A DNA stretch of 64,000 nt from Hemiscyllium ocellatum (Eukaryota), in the NCBI RefSeq assembly GCF_020745735.1, contig NC_083417.1, positions 27,652,001 to 27,716,000 of the forward strand. The letters run 5' to 3'. Positions 62,369 through 64,000 of the stretch are shown piece after piece. Within the stretch, counting starts at the first letter, position 1, and every line of letters starts with the position of its first letter. The notes beneath the pieces are model-generated. The model was not told the origin of the DNA, searched no databases, and worked only from the letters and a program-made list of their open reading frames with translations. Position numbers and translations under genes: made by a program.

Positions 62369-64000
62369 TCCTTACCACCCTTCTTAAACAGTGGCACCAT
62401 GTTAGCCAACCTCCAGTCTTCCGGCATCTCCCCATGACTATCAATGATACAAATATCTCAGCAAGAGACCCAGCAATCATTTCCTGAGCTTCCCACAGAG
62501 TTCTAGGGCACACCTGATCAGATCCTGGAGATTTATCCACTTCCATTTTTTTCAAGACATCCAGCACTTCCTCCTCTGTAATATGGGCATTTTTCAAGAT
62601 ATCACCATCTATTTCCCTACATTCTATATCTTCCATGACCTTTTCCACAGGAAATACTGATGCAAAATACTCATTTAGTACCTCCCCCATCTCCTGAGGC
62701 TCCACACAAAGGCCGCCTTGCTGATATTTGAGGGTCCCTATTCTCTCCCGAGTTACCCTTTTGTCCTTAATATATTTGTGAAATCCCTCTGGATTCTCCT
62801 TAATTCTATTTGCCAAAGCTATCTCATGTTCTCTTTTTGCCTTCCTGATTTCTCTCAAGTATATTCCTAGTGCCTTTATACTCTCAGGATTCACTTGATC
62901 TTTCCTGTCTATATGTTCCTTCTCATTCTTAACCAAACCCTCACTTTCCCAAACCCCAGCATTCCCTATACCTACCAGGTTTTCCTTTCAACCTGACAGG
63001 AAATACTTTCTTTAGACTCCCGTATTCTCATTTCTGAAGGTTTTCCATTTTCAACCGTCCCTTTACCTGAGAACAGCTGTGCCCAGTCAGCTTTTGAAAG
63101 AGTGCTTCAGCATTTCTCATACACTGCTATAATTTAGACTCTCTACTAATATTTCAACTCGTATCCCCCACCAGAAAGTCCATTGGACATACTATTCACT
63201 TGAGACAATGAGGTGAAATCAAAACCGAGTGGGACAGGAGACTCAGTTTGCATCAGTCAGAAGATTGTGAGTTCAAATCCCACTTCAAGACTTGAACTCA
63301 AAATTCTGATCTGACACTCCAGTGCAGTAGAGTGAATGCTGCAGTCAGAAATGCCAAATCTCAGATGAGAAATTAAAATAAGATTCCCTCTCCAATCCCT
63401 GGCGGACATAAAAGAACGATTGCAGAAAATAATTTTGAAGAGCCAGGAATTAATCTTTTTCATCCTGGTTAATATTTCTGATTCAGTTAACAGATTATCC
63501 AGTGTTCATCACATTGCTGCTTATGACAGTAACTGTCGGTGAACCAGTTGCTATATTCCATACATTGCAATCTGTTTCTGCAGTTTAAAAATACTTCACT
63601 GGCTGCAAGTGCCTGAGACACCCTGAGGCTGTGAATATTACTTTTTAAACATAAATGCAAACCGGAGGGTTCTTGTGGCAGTGGTAATTTCCCTACCAGG
63701 AGACCCACAATGAAATCCTATCTGCTCCAGAGGTGTGACATAATTTTTCTGAATGGATTAATTACAAAGTATCCACAAATGTAAACCTCTGATTAGTTCT
63801 GGTTTTCCATTTGACTTGCAATGCCTTTCTACTCCCCACTAACTGCTGTATTGCACACCAGGATATATAGTTTTGGTTCTTTCAAACTATTGAAACAAAC
63901 AGATATTATTTAATGTAATTATTTGCTTGAGTCAAGGTTCTGAACAAATTACGTTGGCCCTACTGTGCAATATTCAGTGTTGATTTCTCTAACTGCCTTT

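Larger units (their letters stand above)
59320..63100 (-). mobile_element. CR1-like LINE (59320-60718 plus 62369-63100) split by an ORF1-only L1-like insertion
   Basis: IKENPEGFHKYIKDKRVTRERIG...VDKSPGSD at 62400-62936. The RT and C-terminus LQLYRTLVRPLMECCVQFWSP lie at 59389-60600. The sequence is collinear across the insertion. Confidence 0.9.

Noticed and set aside
62250-62936. 228 aa ORF next to the ORF1-only element, a possible second gene of that element
   Set aside because: It is CR1 ORF2 sequence lying mostly outside the TSD, so it belongs to the host CR1.
63100-64000. Search for the next upstream TERF2 exon
   Set aside because: No TRFH-like peptide with splice sites was recognised; the region looks like old SINE-like repeats.

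Overview
Eukaryotic, repeat-rich genomic DNA from a cartilaginous fish. The V-domain tRNA-derived SINEs and CR1-type LINEs point to a shark, probably a carpet or bamboo shark (inference). Two spliced protein-coding genes lie on the minus strand. TMED6 is complete, with 4 coding exons (29815-29603, 16939-16813, 14098-13944, 3857-3624; 242 aa). TERF2/TRF2 is represented by its last six coding exons (59230-59096, 58024-57873, 55539-55126, 48015-47921, 45735-45680, 40224-40066); its 5' exons were not found and probably lie beyond the window. All junctions are GT-AG and phase-compatible, and the TMED6-TERF2 order matches human. The rest is transposon-derived: CR1-like LINE fragments, about 12 V-SINEs, Penelope-like elements with GIY-YIG remnants and hammerhead-like motifs, and a decayed Gypsy element carrying three nested, TSD-flanked insertions (solo LTR, Tx1-like LINE, full-length L1-like LINE). 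There is also a Tc1/mariner-type MITE and a 1.5 kb polypurine tract. The most unusual object is a 1.65 kb TSD-flanked, polyadenylated L1-related element that carries only ORF1 (half-L1-like) in a TERF2 intron.
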